DNA of 57,444 nt from Myxococcales bacterium (GCA_050942745.1 JBMNNX010000006.1:1-57444), one strand, 5' to 3'; shown: positions 32,977 to 43,658, counted from the first letter of the stretch. Notes: generated by a model from the letters alone, not told the origin. A program made the numbers and translations.

Positions 32977-35856
32977 CTACAGGCCGCAGGACATGGCGAT
33001 CGTGCTCGTTTCGTTGTTCGAAGCCGGCCCGCATTCGCTGTGAAGTCCCTGGCCCGTCCCGTCGTCATCGACGACCACGCGCACGGAGGCGTGGCGCGGC
33101 GGGTTGACCCAGTCGAAGCGGACGCGCTGGGCCTCGCCGGGCTGGAGCCCAAGGGTCGTGTGGACCACGCCAAGCAGGCTCCCCGTGGCCGCGTTGTAGA
33201 AAGCCACCGGCAGGCCGGGCGCGACGTTGACCGCGCCGCGGTTCTCCACCCAGACGCGAAGCGTGAGCCTGGCCGGGCACATCCCCGGATCGACCAGAAC
33301 GCCGTTGGCCTGGAGATCCGGTGCGTCGATGGCGCGGCCCTGGCCGGCCGGCTGCGCGTTGAGCCGATAGCTGTTGTAGAGCAGCCACGAGGGGCTCTCG
33401 CCCAGCGGCAGGCGGCCGTCCTCCTCGACATTGGTGATGTGGTAGGTGTGCTGGTTCCAGATGCGGCGCGTGCGCACCCAGTGGTCGTGGGCGTCACCGT
33501 AGACGAAGATCCCGTGGACGGGGTTGCGCCCGTAGTCGTTCGCCCCGACGACGATCTCGGCGTTGCCGTCGTTGTCGACGTCGGCGATGACCGGGTACTC
33601 GTAGGCGGTCGCGGTCGAGTTCGGCTGCTCCCAGAGAACCGCGCCCGTCTCGCCGTCGTAGATGCGCAGCGTCGTCTCGTCGTTGTAGACGACCTCGGCG
33701 TACCCGTCGCCTTCAAAATCGAAGACCGAGCTGCCGGTGGTGTTCGACGAGTGGTCCATGGTCGACTGCTGCCACTTGATCGCGCCGTTCGTCTCGAAGA
33801 CGACGTACTTGTTCCAGCCGGCCACGCCGATCTCCGGCTGACCGTCGTTGTCGAAGTCGGCGACAGTGGGCGGGCCGCCTCGCCCGCCGCCCGGCAGATC
33901 GACCGGTCCCCAGATCAACGCGCCGGTGCTGCCTCTGCGCACCATCACCTGCGCCCTGCGGGTGCTGCTTCCCGGCACCGCGCCGTCGGCGACGATCACG
34001 ACGTCCGGGCGGCCATCGCCGTCGAAGTCGCCGATGGCCGGAAACCCGTCGCGGCGGGTAGTGTCGTTCCAAAGGATGGTGCCGTCGTGGCGGTAAGCGG
34101 TGCGTCCGGTCACCACATCGAGGAAGCCGTCCCCGTCGAGATCGGCGGCCAGCGAGAGCGGGCCCACGCCGTTGTCCCCGATGCCCTCGCGGCCCTGCCA
34201 GCGAAGTCGGCCGTCGTAGCTGAAGACCGCGTTGCCGAAGATGATCTCGCCCCTGCCGTCCTTGTCGAGATCAGCGATGGCAGGCCCACCCCAGTTCATC
34301 CCGGAGTGCAGCGACGTGTAGTCGACGCAGCTTCCGTGCTGCTCGCAGCTCCACTTCAGCCGGCCGGTGTTGGTGAAGGCGACGAGGCCGCCCGAGTAGC
34401 GCATGGCGACGATTTCCACGAGGCCGTCGCCGTCGAGGTCGGCCGCGGCGATCGATCCTGCGCCGTTGAGCTTGAGGTTGATCGTGCTCGACGGATTGTT
34501 CGGATTGGGGATGGACGCGGGCGTCGTAAAGACTTCGGCGCCGGTGTCTCCGCGGATCGCCCTGAGGACGCCGTAACCGATGAGCGTTCCGCCACCCGGG
34601 TTGGGATCGAAAGAGAACGTAGTGAAGACGATCTCCGGGATGTCGTTCTCGTCGACGCGCCCGTCGCCGTTGTCGTCGTCGAGGTTGACCACGACCGGCG
34701 TGCTCATCACCTGGTTCTTTGTCGGCGCGATCGCCGAACCGGTCCAGGAGATCTCTGCCTGCTGCGCGAACTGAGCGCGGGGCGGAGCGAAGGAGCAGGT
34801 CGGGTCGAACCACAGGCCCGCCTTGAAGGTCGTGTCACCGTCACAGGCGTCGCCGTACCCGTCCGCATCGAGATCGCTCTGGTCGGGGTTGGCGACGTCG
34901 GGACAGTTGTCGAGGTCGTTGTTCACGCCGTCGCCGTCGCGATCGGGGTCGCAGGCATCGCCGCGGCCGTCCTGATCGGCGTCGTGCTGGTCGGGGTTGG
35001 CGACCTCCGGGCAGTTGTCGCTACCGTTGGGCACCGAGTCACCGTCGGTGTCGCCCTCGCAGGCGTCCCCGATGCCGTCGCCGTCAGTGTCTCTCTGGTC
35101 CGGGTTGAAGATGCCGGGGCAGTTGTCGTTCGCGTTGGGCACCCCGTCGCCGTCGCTGTCGCGATCGCAGATGTCGCCCAGGTTGTCGCCGTCGAGATCC
35201 TGCTGGCCGGGGTTGAAGACGTCCGGGCAATTGTCGGCAGGGTCGTCGATGCCGTCGCCGTCACGATCCGGGTCGCAAACGTCGCCGACGCCGTCGCCGT
35301 CGCTGTCGCGTTGGTCAGCGTTGTAGACGTCCGGGCAATTGTCGGAATCGTTGGGGTGCTGGTCGTTGTCGCGGTCGTCGTCACAGGCGTCGCCCAAGGC
35401 GTCGCCGTCGATGTTCTCCTGCTCGGGGTTGGCGACCTCGGAGCAGTTGTCGCCCTCGTTCGGGACTCCGTCGCCGTCCCAGTCCGAATCGCAGGCGTCG
35501 CCGAGGCCGTCGGCGTCGAGCTCTTTCTGGTCCGGGTTGTAGACGCCCGGGCAGTTGTCCTCGGAGTCGGGGACGCCGTCGCCGTCGCCGTCGGGCTGGA
35601 CGTCGATGTCGCAGGCGTCGCCCGAGCCGTCAGCGTCCGAATCGAGCTGGTCGGGATTGGCGATATCCGGGCAGTTGTCCTCGGAATCCGGCACTCCGTC
35701 GGCGTCGCCGTCAGCGACGCAGGTTCCCAAGCGGCAGATCTGTCCGTTCGGGCAATCCGCACTCGCCGTACAGCCATCAGGCCGCTCGCTATCGCACGCG
35801 AGCAGGCCGAATGCGGCAATCAGCAGAAGGACGGGCAACCGAAGCGCGCTCAACAT
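32977..35856 (-). CDS. Large lipoprotein: Cys-rich motif, 8 thrombospondin type-3 repeat units, FG-GAP beta-propeller, CARDB-like C-terminus
   Basis: Lipobox LLAC; eight DxDxDGxxxxxDNC...NPDQxDxDxDGxGDAC units; repeated ADLDGDGxxEIV; WNQHTYHITNV; APDL...VENRG. Confidence 0.9.
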   Translation of the reverse strand: MLSALRLPVLLLIAAFGLLACDSERPDGCTASADCPNGQICRLGTCVADGDADGVPDSEDNCPDIANPDQLDSDADGSGDACDIDVQPDGDGDGVPDSEDNCPGVYNPDQKELDADGLGDACDSDWDGDGVPNEGDNCSEVANPEQENIDGDALGDACDDDRDNDQHPNDSDNCPDVYNADQRDSDGDGVGDVCDPDRDGDGIDDPADNCPDVFNPGQQDLDGDNLGDICDRDSDGDGVPNANDNCPGIFNPDQRDTDGDGIGDACEGDTDGDSVPNGSDNCPEVANPDQHDADQDGRGDACDPDRDGDGVNNDLDNCPDVANPDQSDLDADGYGDACDGDTTFKAGLWFDPTCSFAPPRAQFAQQAEISWTGSAIAPTKNQVMSTPVVVNLDDDNGDGRVDENDIPEIVFTTFSFDPNPGGGTLIGYGVLRAIRGDTGAEVFTTPASIPNPNNPSSTINLKLNGAGSIAAADLDGDGLVEIVAMRYSGGLVAFTNTGRLKWSCEQHGSCVDYTSLHSGMNWGGPAIADLDKDGRGEIIFGNAVFSYDGRLRWQGREGIGDNGVGPLSLAADLDGDGFLDVVTGRTAYRHDGTILWNDTTRRDGFPAIGDFDGDGRPDVVIVADGAVPGSSTRRAQVMVRRGSTGALIWGPVDLPGGGRGGPPTVADFDNDGQPEIGVAGWNKYVVFETNGAIKWQQSTMDHSSNTTGSSVFDFEGDGYAEVVYNDETTLRIYDGETGAVLWEQPNSTATAYEYPVIADVDNDGNAEIVVGANDYGRNPVHGIFVYGDAHDHWVRTRRIWNQHTYHITNVEEDGRLPLGESPSWLLYNSYRLNAQPAGQGRAIDAPDLQANGVLVDPGMCPARLTLRVWVENRGAVNVAPGLPVAFYNAATGSLLGVVHTTLGLQPGEAQRVRFDWVNPPRHASVRVVVDDDGTGQGLHSECGPASNNETSTIAMSCGL

Positions 35857-36000
35857 GGGTATGTCTCCGACATTTGGCTACACAGGAGGGCGCCTTTTAC
35901 CGCTACTCGCGGCGGCTGTAAAGCTGCCATGCGAACGCTGCGTGCCGACCGGACCAAGAAAGCCCGATCGGCCGCCTGAAGCTGGGCGAAGAGACGACAA

Positions 36001-36031
36001 GAGGCGGCTCCACGGGTCGTGGAGCCGCCTC
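36001..36031 (-). terminator. Terminator hairpin after rpsI
   Basis: GAGGCGGCTCCACG-loop-CGTGGAGCCGCCTC perfect stem followed by a T-rich tail on the minus strand. Confidence 0.65.
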
Positions 36032-36059
36032 GAATGATGAGGTCGCCTGAAGGGCGCGA

Positions 36060-36455
36060 TTAGCGCTTGCTGAACTGGAAGCGCTTGCGGGCGCCGGGGC
36101 GGCCGTACTTCTTGCGCTCGACCGCGCGCGGGTCGCGAGTGAGGAAGCCGGCCTTCTTCAGCACGGACCGGAACTCGGGGTTGTACTCACAGAGAGCGCG
36201 GCTGATCCCGTGGCGAATGGCACCGGCCTGTCCGGAGAGCCCGCCGCCGGCGACGTTCACGAGGACGTCGAGCTTGTCCTTCTGCTCGACCAGCTCGAGC
36301 GGCTGCATCAGGATCATCTTCGCCGTCTCGCGGCCGAAGTAGGTGTCGAGCGGACGGTCATTGATCGTGATCGTGCCCGACCCGGGCTTGATGTACACGC
36401 GCGCCACCGACTCCTTGCGCCGCCCGGTTCCATAGCTCTTCTGCTGCTCTGCCAT
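36060..36455 (-). CDS. rpsI: 30S ribosomal protein S9
   Basis: [42 protein letters not shown]. Confidence 0.99.
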   Translation of the reverse strand: MAEQQKSYGTGRRKESVARVYIKPGSGTITINDRPLDTYFGRETAKMILMQPLELVEQKDKLDVLVNVAGGGLSGQAGAIRHGISRALCEYNPEFRSVLKKAGFLTRDPRAVERKKYGRPGARKRFQFSKR

Positions 36456-36510
36456 CGTCTTCCTCGTGCTCGCCTCGCGAACGAGGCGCTAAAGCGTCTT
36501 GCGGGTCGGC

Positions 36511-36945
36511 TTACGCCTCGACCTTGAATTCGACAGGCTGCTGCGCCTGGTGCTTGTGCTCGGCGTCCGGGTAGACGCGCAGCTTGGTCATCATCTGGCG
36601 CCCCAGGGCGTTGCGCGGAAGCATCCGGCGCACCGCGTTGATGACCAGGTCCTCAGGGCGGTGCTGGCGCAGCTTTTCGGCGGTGATCGACTTGATGCCA
36701 CCCGGGTGCCCCGTGTGGCGCCAGTAGTGCTTGTTCTGCTCCTTGCTGCCGGTCAGCTTGACCTTGGCCGCGTTGATCACGACCACGTGATCGCCGGTGT
36801 CGAAGGAGGGCGTGTAGCGGGGGTTGAGCTTGCCCTTCAGAATGCTGGCAATCTGGCTGGCTGCCCGGCCCAAAACCTTGCCTTCCACGTCCACGATGAA
36901 CCAGCGGCGCTTGATGTCGGCTGGCTTTGCGCTGTAGGTGCCCAT
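36511..36945 (-). CDS. rplM: 50S ribosomal protein L13
   Basis: WFIVD...LGR.ASQIA..LKGK, YTP..DTGD.VVVINA, HTGHPGG, MLP.N.LGR. Confidence 0.99.
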   Translation of the reverse strand: MGTYSAKPADIKRRWFIVDVEGKVLGRAASQIASILKGKLNPRYTPSFDTGDHVVVINAAKVKLTGSKEQNKHYWRHTGHPGGIKSITAEKLRQHRPEDLVINAVRRMLPRNALGRQMMTKLRVYPDAEHKHQAQQPVEFKVEA

Positions 36946-37041
36946 CTTCCTCGACTCCCGAGTTACGGCTTGCCGCCCTCAAACCCGCGGCGCGCGCCGG
37001 CTGTTTCCAAGCACATCCGGGCCTGCGCGGAAAGGGCGCCT

Positions 37042-37070
37042 CTTGTAGAGGAACGATCTGCGGCTGTCAA
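37042..37070 (-). promoter_or_regulatory. Putative sigma70 promoter of rplM-rpsI
   Basis: Minus strand TTGACA-17 bp-TACAAG, about 100 nt upstream of the rplM start. Confidence 0.6.
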
Positions 37071-37286
37071 GCTCTTTGCCGGGCGAACGCTTGGCAAGCG
37101 GCAGTGTTCGACAATCGCGGATCGGCGCGATAGCGCTTGGGGCGCCCTCGGCACCGCCGAGGCCGGCGTGGCGAACAGCCGCGAGGACCGCTTCGTTCCC
37201 GCCCGCGGAGCGAGACGCCGTTTCCGAACCCTCGCCCACGGGCTACCCTCGGTCCCTCGCCGCCAGAATAGAGGAGGAACCCGAAG

Positions 37287-39038
37287 ATGCCCGCTCAGGT
37301 CCGCTACCGCGTCGAGGCCAAGCGACTGCACGAGCACCTGTTCGACGTCGAGGCCTGTTTCCCGGCCGGCAGCTCCGAGCTGCTGCTGTGGATGCCCGCG
37401 TGGACTCCGGGCAGCTACCTGCTGCGCGAATACGCGCGCCACGTGCAGGACTTCGCCGCCTTCGGCGCCGAGGGCACCGCGCTCCGGGTCACGCGGTTGG
37501 ACAAGAGCTCGTGGCGCATCTCGAACCCTCGAGGCGGCGAGGTCTCGGTCCGCTATCGCGTCTACGCGAACGACCTGACGGTGCGAACCAGCCACCTCGA
37601 CGCCACGCACGGCTATTTCAACGGCGCCTCGATGTTCGTGACGAGCGACGCGCACCGGGCGCTCCCGTGCGAGCTGTCGCTCGCGGCGCCGCAGGGCTGG
37701 AGCGCGTTCTGTGCGCTGCCGGAGCGCGATGACTCGTTTCACGCGGCCGACTTCGACGAGCTCGTTGACTCGCCCGTCGAATTGGGCCCTCACGCTCCGA
37801 TTCGCTTCGAAGCCGCAGGCAAACCTCACGAGATCGTCACAGTGGGCGCGGCAGCGCTCGCCCGCGAGCGGCTCGCGGGCGACCTCGCGGCCATCTGCGA
37901 GACCGCCGCCGCGTTCTTCGGCGGGCTGCCGTTGGAGCGCTACCTCTTCATCATCCACTTCACCGAAAAGGCGCGGGGCGGTCTCGAGCACCGCGCGAGC
38001 TGCACGCTGCACTTCCCGCGCTTCGCGCTGCGGCCGGGCAGCGGCTACGAAGACTTCCTCGCGCTGGCCGCCCACGAGTACTTCCACCTCTGGAACGTCA
38101 AGCGCATCCTGCCGCGCGCCTTCGTCCCCTTCGACTACCGCCAGGAGAGTTACTCGCGGATGCTCTGGGCGTTCGAAGGCATCACCTCCTACTACGACAT
38201 GCTGCTCACGAGGCGCGCGGGGCTCATCGACGCGCGCCTCTACCTTCAGAAGATGGCGGAGACCATCACCGCGGTCGAGTCGGCGCCTGGGCGCCGGGTG
38301 ATGAGCCTCGAGGAGTCGTCGCTGCTCGCCTGGACGAAGCTCTACCGCCCCGACGAGAACACGCCCAACTCGGCCGTCTCCTACTACTCGAAGGGCGAGG
38401 TGGTCGCGATGCTGCTCGACCTGCAGATCCGGGCCGCGACCGAGGGGCGCCGCTCGCTCGACGACGCGATGCGCCTGCTCTTCGAGCGCTACGGCGATGG
38501 CAGAGGAGTCCCCGAAGGCGGGGTCGAGGAAGTCTGCCGGGAGGTCGGAGGCGAAGGGCTCTCGGACTTCTTCGACGGCGCGGTGCGCGGCACCGGTGAG
38601 CTCGACTACTCGGTCCTCGCGTCTGCAGGCCTGGTCCTCAAGCGCCGGCCCAAGCGCGGCGCCAGCGACAAAGGCGGCACGCCTGGCGACGAGACCGACG
38701 TGCCGTGGCTCGGCGTGGAGCTCAAGCTCGGCGACCGCGCCATCGTCGCCACAGCGCTCGCCGGCTCGCCGGCGACCGAGAGCGGGCTCTACGCGGGCGA
38801 CGAGATCGTCGCGCTCGACGGCTTCCGCGTGGGCTCCTCTACCCTGCTCGAACGCCTGCTCGAGCGGGCCCCAAGCGACCGTGTGAGGCTGGCTTTGTTC
38901 CGGGGCGACCGCCTGCTCGAGCTCGAGGTCGCGCTCGCCGCGAGGCCGAAGGATGCCTGCTTCTTTGAGAAGCTCGCGAGCCCGACGCCACAGCAGCGGG
39001 CGACCTATCAGGCCTGGCTCGGCGAACCCTTCGATTGA
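37287..39038 (+). CDS. M61 family (glycyl aminopeptidase-like) metallopeptidase with PDZ domain
   Basis: MPAWTPGSY, GGLEH, HEYFHLWNVKRI, EGITSYY, SYYSKG; C-terminal GSPA..SGLYAGDEIVALDG. Confidence 0.95.
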   Translation: MPAQVRYRVEAKRLHEHLFDVEACFPAGSSELLLWMPAWTPGSYLLREYARHVQDFAAFGAEGTALRVTRLDKSSWRISNPRGGEVSVRYRVYANDLTVRTSHLDATHGYFNGASMFVTSDAHRALPCELSLAAPQGWSAFCALPERDDSFHAADFDELVDSPVELGPHAPIRFEAAGKPHEIVTVGAAALARERLAGDLAAICETAAAFFGGLPLERYLFIIHFTEKARGGLEHRASCTLHFPRFALRPGSGYEDFLALAAHEYFHLWNVKRILPRAFVPFDYRQESYSRMLWAFEGITSYYDMLLTRRAGLIDARLYLQKMAETITAVESAPGRRVMSLEESSLLAWTKLYRPDENTPNSAVSYYSKGEVVAMLLDLQIRAATEGRRSLDDAMRLLFERYGDGRGVPEGGVEEVCREVGGEGLSDFFDGAVRGTGELDYSVLASAGLVLKRRPKRGASDKGGTPGDETDVPWLGVELKLGDRAIVATALAGSPATESGLYAGDEIVALDGFRVGSSTLLERLLERAPSDRVRLALFRGDRLLELEVALAARPKDACFFEKLASPTPQQRATYQAWLGEPFD

Positions 39039-39264
39039 CCGAGCGTCTGGTCGCCGCCGCGGCTGTCTCTGACCGGCCCGGTGGCAGACATCCCCGCTCT
39101 CATCCTCGGCAACGAGCGAGGGTTTTCGAGGGATGCGCCGGCGAAACCGACGAGCGTCCGAGCGCCGCTTCGGCCCGTCCTGACGCCTTTGGCCTTTCGA
39201 GCGATCCACGTTATATACGAGGGCGAATTCTCACCGAATAACCCCTCATAACCCCTCGGGACCA

Positions 39265-40338
39265 ATGCGCTCTCCAAGACCGTCCGTGCCACTGGCTGTC
39301 TTCGTAGCCGCGGTGTTCGCGCCGATGGCGCTTTCCGTCGCTGCCGAGCCGGTGGCGCCGATGTCCGCGGAGAACCTCGCCAGGCTCGTCGAGGCATTGC
39401 GCGGCGAGCCCCAGCGGCCGATGAAGGTGCGGCTACAGGCAGCGCTCATCATGGGCCGGCTCGCCGACGAAGCCGCGGTTCCCGCGCTCATCGAATGCCT
39501 GGAGAACGACGTCGACTACCCGGTTCGCGCGGCCTGCGCCCTGGCGGTGGGCAACCTTGGCGACGTGCGCGGGGTAGAGGCGCTCTTCGCCCGGCTCGAC
39601 GACAAAGAGGATCTGGTGCGCGACGAGGCGCGCCTCGCGTTGCTCAAGCTCGCTCGCCCCGAGGCCTTGCCATACATGTATGTGGCTCGCGAACAAGGAA
39701 GCACTCGCGCGCGCCTTGCCCTCGTCGAGATGCTGGCTCAGATGGACGGCTCCGAGTCGGGCACGCTGCTCGTCGAGCTGCTCGGAGATCGCGAGCCCTC
39801 CGTCCGAAAGAAGGCGGCAGCCTCCCTGCGCAAACTGGACGCGGAGCGAGTCAACCTGCTGTTGGTGCGCGGCCTGGAGCACCCGAGCTATCGCATCAAA
39901 GTCCAGGCCGCCCGGCTGCTCGGCGAACGCCGGCACGTGGAGTCCATCCCTCGGCTCGCCGACCTGGCGGGCTCGCCGCTCGAGGCCGTCGAGGTGCAGA
40001 CCGCTGCGCGCGATGCGCTGAAGGCGATGCGCGAAGCGCTCGACGTGAAGAAGCTCGCTGCCGAAGCGAAGAGCCCCGAGCTCGACCGCGAGCAGCGTCG
40101 TCGCTCGCTGGTCCTGCTCTCCGCGCTCGGCACTCCGGAAGCGCTCGAGGCCTGCCTCGACGTGCTCGCCGACCCCGACGAGTCGATGCGCGGCTCCGCG
40201 GCGCAGGCGCTGGCCGAGATGGGCAACCCGCGCGCCCTCCCGGCGCTGCGCGAGGCGGAGCGCAAGGCTGAAAACGCCCGTGTCGCCAGGGTGATCGGAA
40301 TATCTATCCGCAAGCTCGAGCGCGGCGCTTCGCGCTAA
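39265..40338 (+). CDS. Secreted HEAT-repeat protein
   Basis: Signal peptide; repeated VR..AA.ALG.LG...AVPALI units. Confidence 0.85.
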   Translation: MRSPRPSVPLAVFVAAVFAPMALSVAAEPVAPMSAENLARLVEALRGEPQRPMKVRLQAALIMGRLADEAAVPALIECLENDVDYPVRAACALAVGNLGDVRGVEALFARLDDKEDLVRDEARLALLKLARPEALPYMYVAREQGSTRARLALVEMLAQMDGSESGTLLVELLGDREPSVRKKAAASLRKLDAERVNLLLVRGLEHPSYRIKVQAARLLGERRHVESIPRLADLAGSPLEAVEVQTAARDALKAMREALDVKKLAAEAKSPELDREQRRRSLVLLSALGTPEALEACLDVLADPDESMRGSAAQALAEMGNPRALPALREAERKAENARVARVIGISIRKLERGASR

Positions 40339-40611
40339 CCCTCGGCGAGCGACGCGCTCCCTCGTCGGTGAGAACGGATCCTCGACCCGACGTCCACTCC
40401 GGCCTCCGCGCCGGCGGGCCTTCCGTGAGGCCCCGCGCTACGCCTTCCGCACTGCGGCCGTAGGCCTCGAGCGAGCACGCTCCTGTTCGCTCGTCGGGCT
40501 GCCGACGAAAAGACCGTTCGGCCGCTTGTCGCTTCCCCGAATACTCGGTGGAGGGACGCGCGCAATTGAGGGCGCTGCCGCGCGCGCCGCTGTGGGAAGA
40601 AGAGGGCTTCT

Positions 40612-41265
40612 CTACGCAGCCTGCGAGCTGCTCGCCTGCGCCTCGGCCTTCTGTCCCGGGGTCGCCGGCTCCTCGGACGCCGCGACCTCGAGCATCTTCT
40701 CGCTCATCGCGCGAAGCTTCTCGACCAGCGGCTTCAGCGCTGCGGCGGGCTCCGAAGAGGTCGTCGCCGCTTCGATGGCGCCGGCGAGCTCTTTGAGCTG
40801 CTCCCCGTTGGCCTTCTCGCGCTCCCTCATAGAGAGCACGGCCTCGTGGAAGATTTCGTAGAAGCCCTTCAGCTCGTCGTTCTTGCGCAGCGGCCGCAGC
40901 TTCGGGAAGCGGCCTTCGCCCAAGACGCGCAGGTAATGCGAAAAGACGTAGATGGGGCCGGCCACACGGTGCGTGACGAGCACGCCAAAGAGCCCCAAGG
41001 CCACCGCCATGACGACCGCGATGGCCATCACCAGCCAAAGCAGCGCGCTGTCGCGCTCGGCGACCGCCTCGCGGAAGCGATCCGGCAAATCCATCATCTG
41101 GGTCGCTTCGACGTGCGCCTGGTACATCATCGCGCCAAACAGCAGCGAGATAGCGGCCCCGACGACGACCAGGATGATGGTGTACTTGAGCTGAAAGGCC
41201 CGGTCGATCAGGTATTGCCGCCGGCCGCCCTTCGCCCTCGCCGGCGCAGCGTTCTCGCTCTGCAT
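40612..41265 (-). CDS. Two-TM HAMP-domain membrane protein
   Basis: RRQYLIDRAFQLKY, two TMs, THRVAGPIY...LRKNDEL; GAGGAGG RBS. Confidence 0.8.
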   Translation of the reverse strand: MQSENAAPARAKGGRRQYLIDRAFQLKYTIILVVVGAAISLLFGAMMYQAHVEATQMMDLPDRFREAVAERDSALLWLVMAIAVVMAVALGLFGVLVTHRVAGPIYVFSHYLRVLGEGRFPKLRPLRKNDELKGFYEIFHEAVLSMREREKANGEQLKELAGAIEAATTSSEPAAALKPLVEKLRAMSEKMLEVAASEEPATPGQKAEAQASSSQAA

Positions 41266-41456
41266 AGGGACAGGCCTCCTCGCTCGCGATTCTCGATTCC
41301 CGCTCGTGGGCGGTGCGCCTGGGGCGGCGCTCAAAATGCTTGTCCGCGTCAATTCGCGCGAAATTAAGGGTCATCTTATCCTGCTCGCGTCGAAAGAAAA
41401 GAGGGCCGCCAAGGTCCGGGCTTGACACTCCTGGTGCCCGCAAAGACCCTGCCGCC

Positions 41457-42704
41457 ATGCCGCCGCCGGACCTGGATTTCATCTATCGAAAGAGCGTCGC
41501 GGCGCTCTCTGGCGAGAACCTGGTGCGCGACGCGCTCGCCGCGCGCGATGAGGCCTGGGCAAACCGAATACGCGTCATCGCCCTCGGCAAGGCTGGCTGC
41601 TCGATGGCCCGCGGCGCCGCTCGGGCGCTGGCGCAGGCGACCGGAGTCGTCGCCAGCCACGTCTCCGAGCCGGTTCCCCCCGGGTTCGAGCTGGTGGTCG
41701 GCTCCCACCCGGTCCCCGACGAGCGAAGCGTCCACGCGGCGCGCGCTCTCCGTGAAGCGGCGCGAGGTGCGCGCGAAGACGAGCAGGTCCTCTTCCTCAT
41801 CAGCGGCGGCGGCTCGGCGATAGCCGCGCTGCCCACCGACGGCGTGACGCTGGCCGAGAAGATCGAGACGACGCGCGCCCTGCTGCGCAGCGGCGCAGCT
41901 ATCGAAGAGATGAACGCGGTGCGCAAGCACCTCTCGGCCATCAAAGGCGGGCAGCTCGGCGCCGCCTGCCGCTCCCGCCGGAGCCAGGCGCTCGTGCTCA
42001 GCGACGTCTCCTCGAATGACCTCGGCTCGGTCGCCTCTGGCCCCACGGTCGCGGACACCTCGACCTTCGGCGATTGCCTCGAGATAGCGCGGAGCAGGCA
42101 GATAGCCCTCCCTCGCTCGGTCCTCGACAGGCTCGAACGCGGCGCCGCCGGCGAGCTGCCCGAGACGCCCAAGCCCGGAGATCCGAGGCTCGAAGCGATT
42201 GAGCACCGGCTGCTCGCGGGCCCGCGCGATCTCGCCGAGACCGCCGCCCGGCTGGCCGCCTCCGAACAAGTCCGCGCCGAGGCCCACGGCCCGTTCTCCG
42301 GCAGCGTCGAGCAGCTCGCCGAAGACATCCATCAGCGCGCCGCGTCTGCGGCTGGCCGCCTCCTCCTCGCGTATTGCGGCGAGCCGACGCTGCGCGTCCC
42401 CGCCGGGTCGGGCAAGGGCGGCCGAATGCAGCACCTCGCGCTCCTGCTGGCGCGCCGCTTTGCCGGACAGCGGTTCCAGGCCCTGTGCGCGGGCAGCGAC
42501 GGGCGCGACGGAGACACCGATCACGGCGGCGCCCTCGTCGACGGCCAAACCGCCGCGCGCGCCGTCGAGCTCGGGGTCGATCTCGACAGCGCCATCGCCC
42601 GCTTCGACAGCGCGACCGCGCTCGGCAAGCTCGCGGCCGCGCTGCCGGCCTTTGCCAGCGGGACGAACCTCTGTGACCTCGTCCTCTTCTACCTCGAGGC
42701 CTAG
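41457..42704 (+). CDS. Glycerate 2-kinase (DUF4147/MOFRL family)
   Basis: ALGKA, HPVPD, LISGGGSA, NAVRKHLSAIKGG.L, SDV, ASGPT, GKGGR, SDGRDG, GTNLCD. Confidence 0.9.
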   Translation: MPPPDLDFIYRKSVAALSGENLVRDALAARDEAWANRIRVIALGKAGCSMARGAARALAQATGVVASHVSEPVPPGFELVVGSHPVPDERSVHAARALREAARGAREDEQVLFLISGGGSAIAALPTDGVTLAEKIETTRALLRSGAAIEEMNAVRKHLSAIKGGQLGAACRSRRSQALVLSDVSSNDLGSVASGPTVADTSTFGDCLEIARSRQIALPRSVLDRLERGAAGELPETPKPGDPRLEAIEHRLLAGPRDLAETAARLAASEQVRAEAHGPFSGSVEQLAEDIHQRAASAAGRLLLAYCGEPTLRVPAGSGKGGRMQHLALLLARRFAGQRFQALCAGSDGRDGDTDHGGALVDGQTAARAVELGVDLDSAIARFDSATALGKLAAALPAFASGTNLCDLVLFYLEA

Positions 42705-43637
42705 ATGCCCGAACGCCCACGCATTGTCTTCATGGGAACGCCCGACTTCGCCGTGCCCGCGCTCGCCGCGTGTACCAAGCTGGGCGAGGTCGTCCTCGTC
42801 GTCACCCAGCCCGACAAGCCCAAGGGCCGCGGCCAGCAGCTCGCCTTCCCTCCCGTCAAGCAGTGGGCGCTCGACCATGGGCTGCCTGTCGCCCAACCCG
42901 AAAAGCTCAAGGCGGGTCGCTTCCACGAGACGCTCGCGCCGCTGCGCCCGGACGTCGCGGTCGTCGCCGCCTACGGAAAGATCCTCCCGCCCGAGCTCCT
43001 CGCCGTCCCCGCCAAAGGCTGCGTCAACATCCACGGCTCGTTGCTGCCCAAGTACCGCGGCGCCGCGCCCATACAGTGGGCCATCGCCAACGGCGAACCC
43101 GAGACCGGCGTCTGCTTGATGCTGATGGAGGCGGGCCTCGACACCGGGCCGGTCATCGCCTGCCGAAGCGTGCCGATTGGCCCCGAGGACACGGGCGGCT
43201 CGATGCACGACAAGCTCGCCGAGCTGGGCGCGGAGCTGCTCGAGGCCGAGCTGCCCGCCTTCCTGGCCGGCGAGCGCACGCCGGTGCCCCAGGAGCACGC
43301 GCGGGCGACCTACGCTCCGATGCTGAAGAAGGAGGACGGCCGCATCGACTTCACCCTCCCCGCGCGGCTCGTCGAGGCGCGCATCCGCGGCTTCACCCCC
43401 TGGCCCGGCGCCTTCACCAGGCTCGAGGGCAAGCTGCTCAAGGTCTTCAAGGCCCGCGTCTCCGCCGGGAGCGGCACGCCAGGTGAGGTCCTGCAGGTCG
43501 GCTCGCAAGGCATCGAAGTCGGGGCGGAAGAAGGCTCGGTCGTCCTCCTCGAAGTCCAGCCGGAAGGCGGACGCCGCATGTCGAGCGCCCAGTTCCTCGC
43601 GGGCCATCCGGTGAAGCCGGGGACGCGGCTCGGCTGA
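42705..43637 (+). CDS. fmt: Methionyl-tRNA formyltransferase
   Basis: FMGTPDFA, VVTQPDKPKGRG, VAAYGKIL, NIHGSLLPKYRGAAPIQ, GLDTG. Confidence 0.97.
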   Translation: MPERPRIVFMGTPDFAVPALAACTKLGEVVLVVTQPDKPKGRGQQLAFPPVKQWALDHGLPVAQPEKLKAGRFHETLAPLRPDVAVVAAYGKILPPELLAVPAKGCVNIHGSLLPKYRGAAPIQWAIANGEPETGVCLMLMEAGLDTGPVIACRSVPIGPEDTGGSMHDKLAELGAELLEAELPAFLAGERTPVPQEHARATYAPMLKKEDGRIDFTLPARLVEARIRGFTPWPGAFTRLEGKLLKVFKARVSAGSGTPGEVLQVGSQGIEVGAEEGSVVLLEVQPEGGRRMSSAQFLAGHPVKPGTRLG

Positions 43638-43658
43638 GATCGGCGACTGCCCCGGAGG

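Noticed and set aside
32887-35979. Long antisense/alternative-frame ORFs (e.g. 1030 aa here; also 23681..25900, 26483..28567, 36963..39209, 41376..43607)
   Set aside because: These are shadow ORFs typical of high-GC codon bias; they overlap clearly identifiable genes and have no motifs.
41422-41450. TTGACA upstream of the glycerate kinase (also one upstream of recF)
   Set aside because: No plausible -10 hexamer at 16-18 bp spacing.
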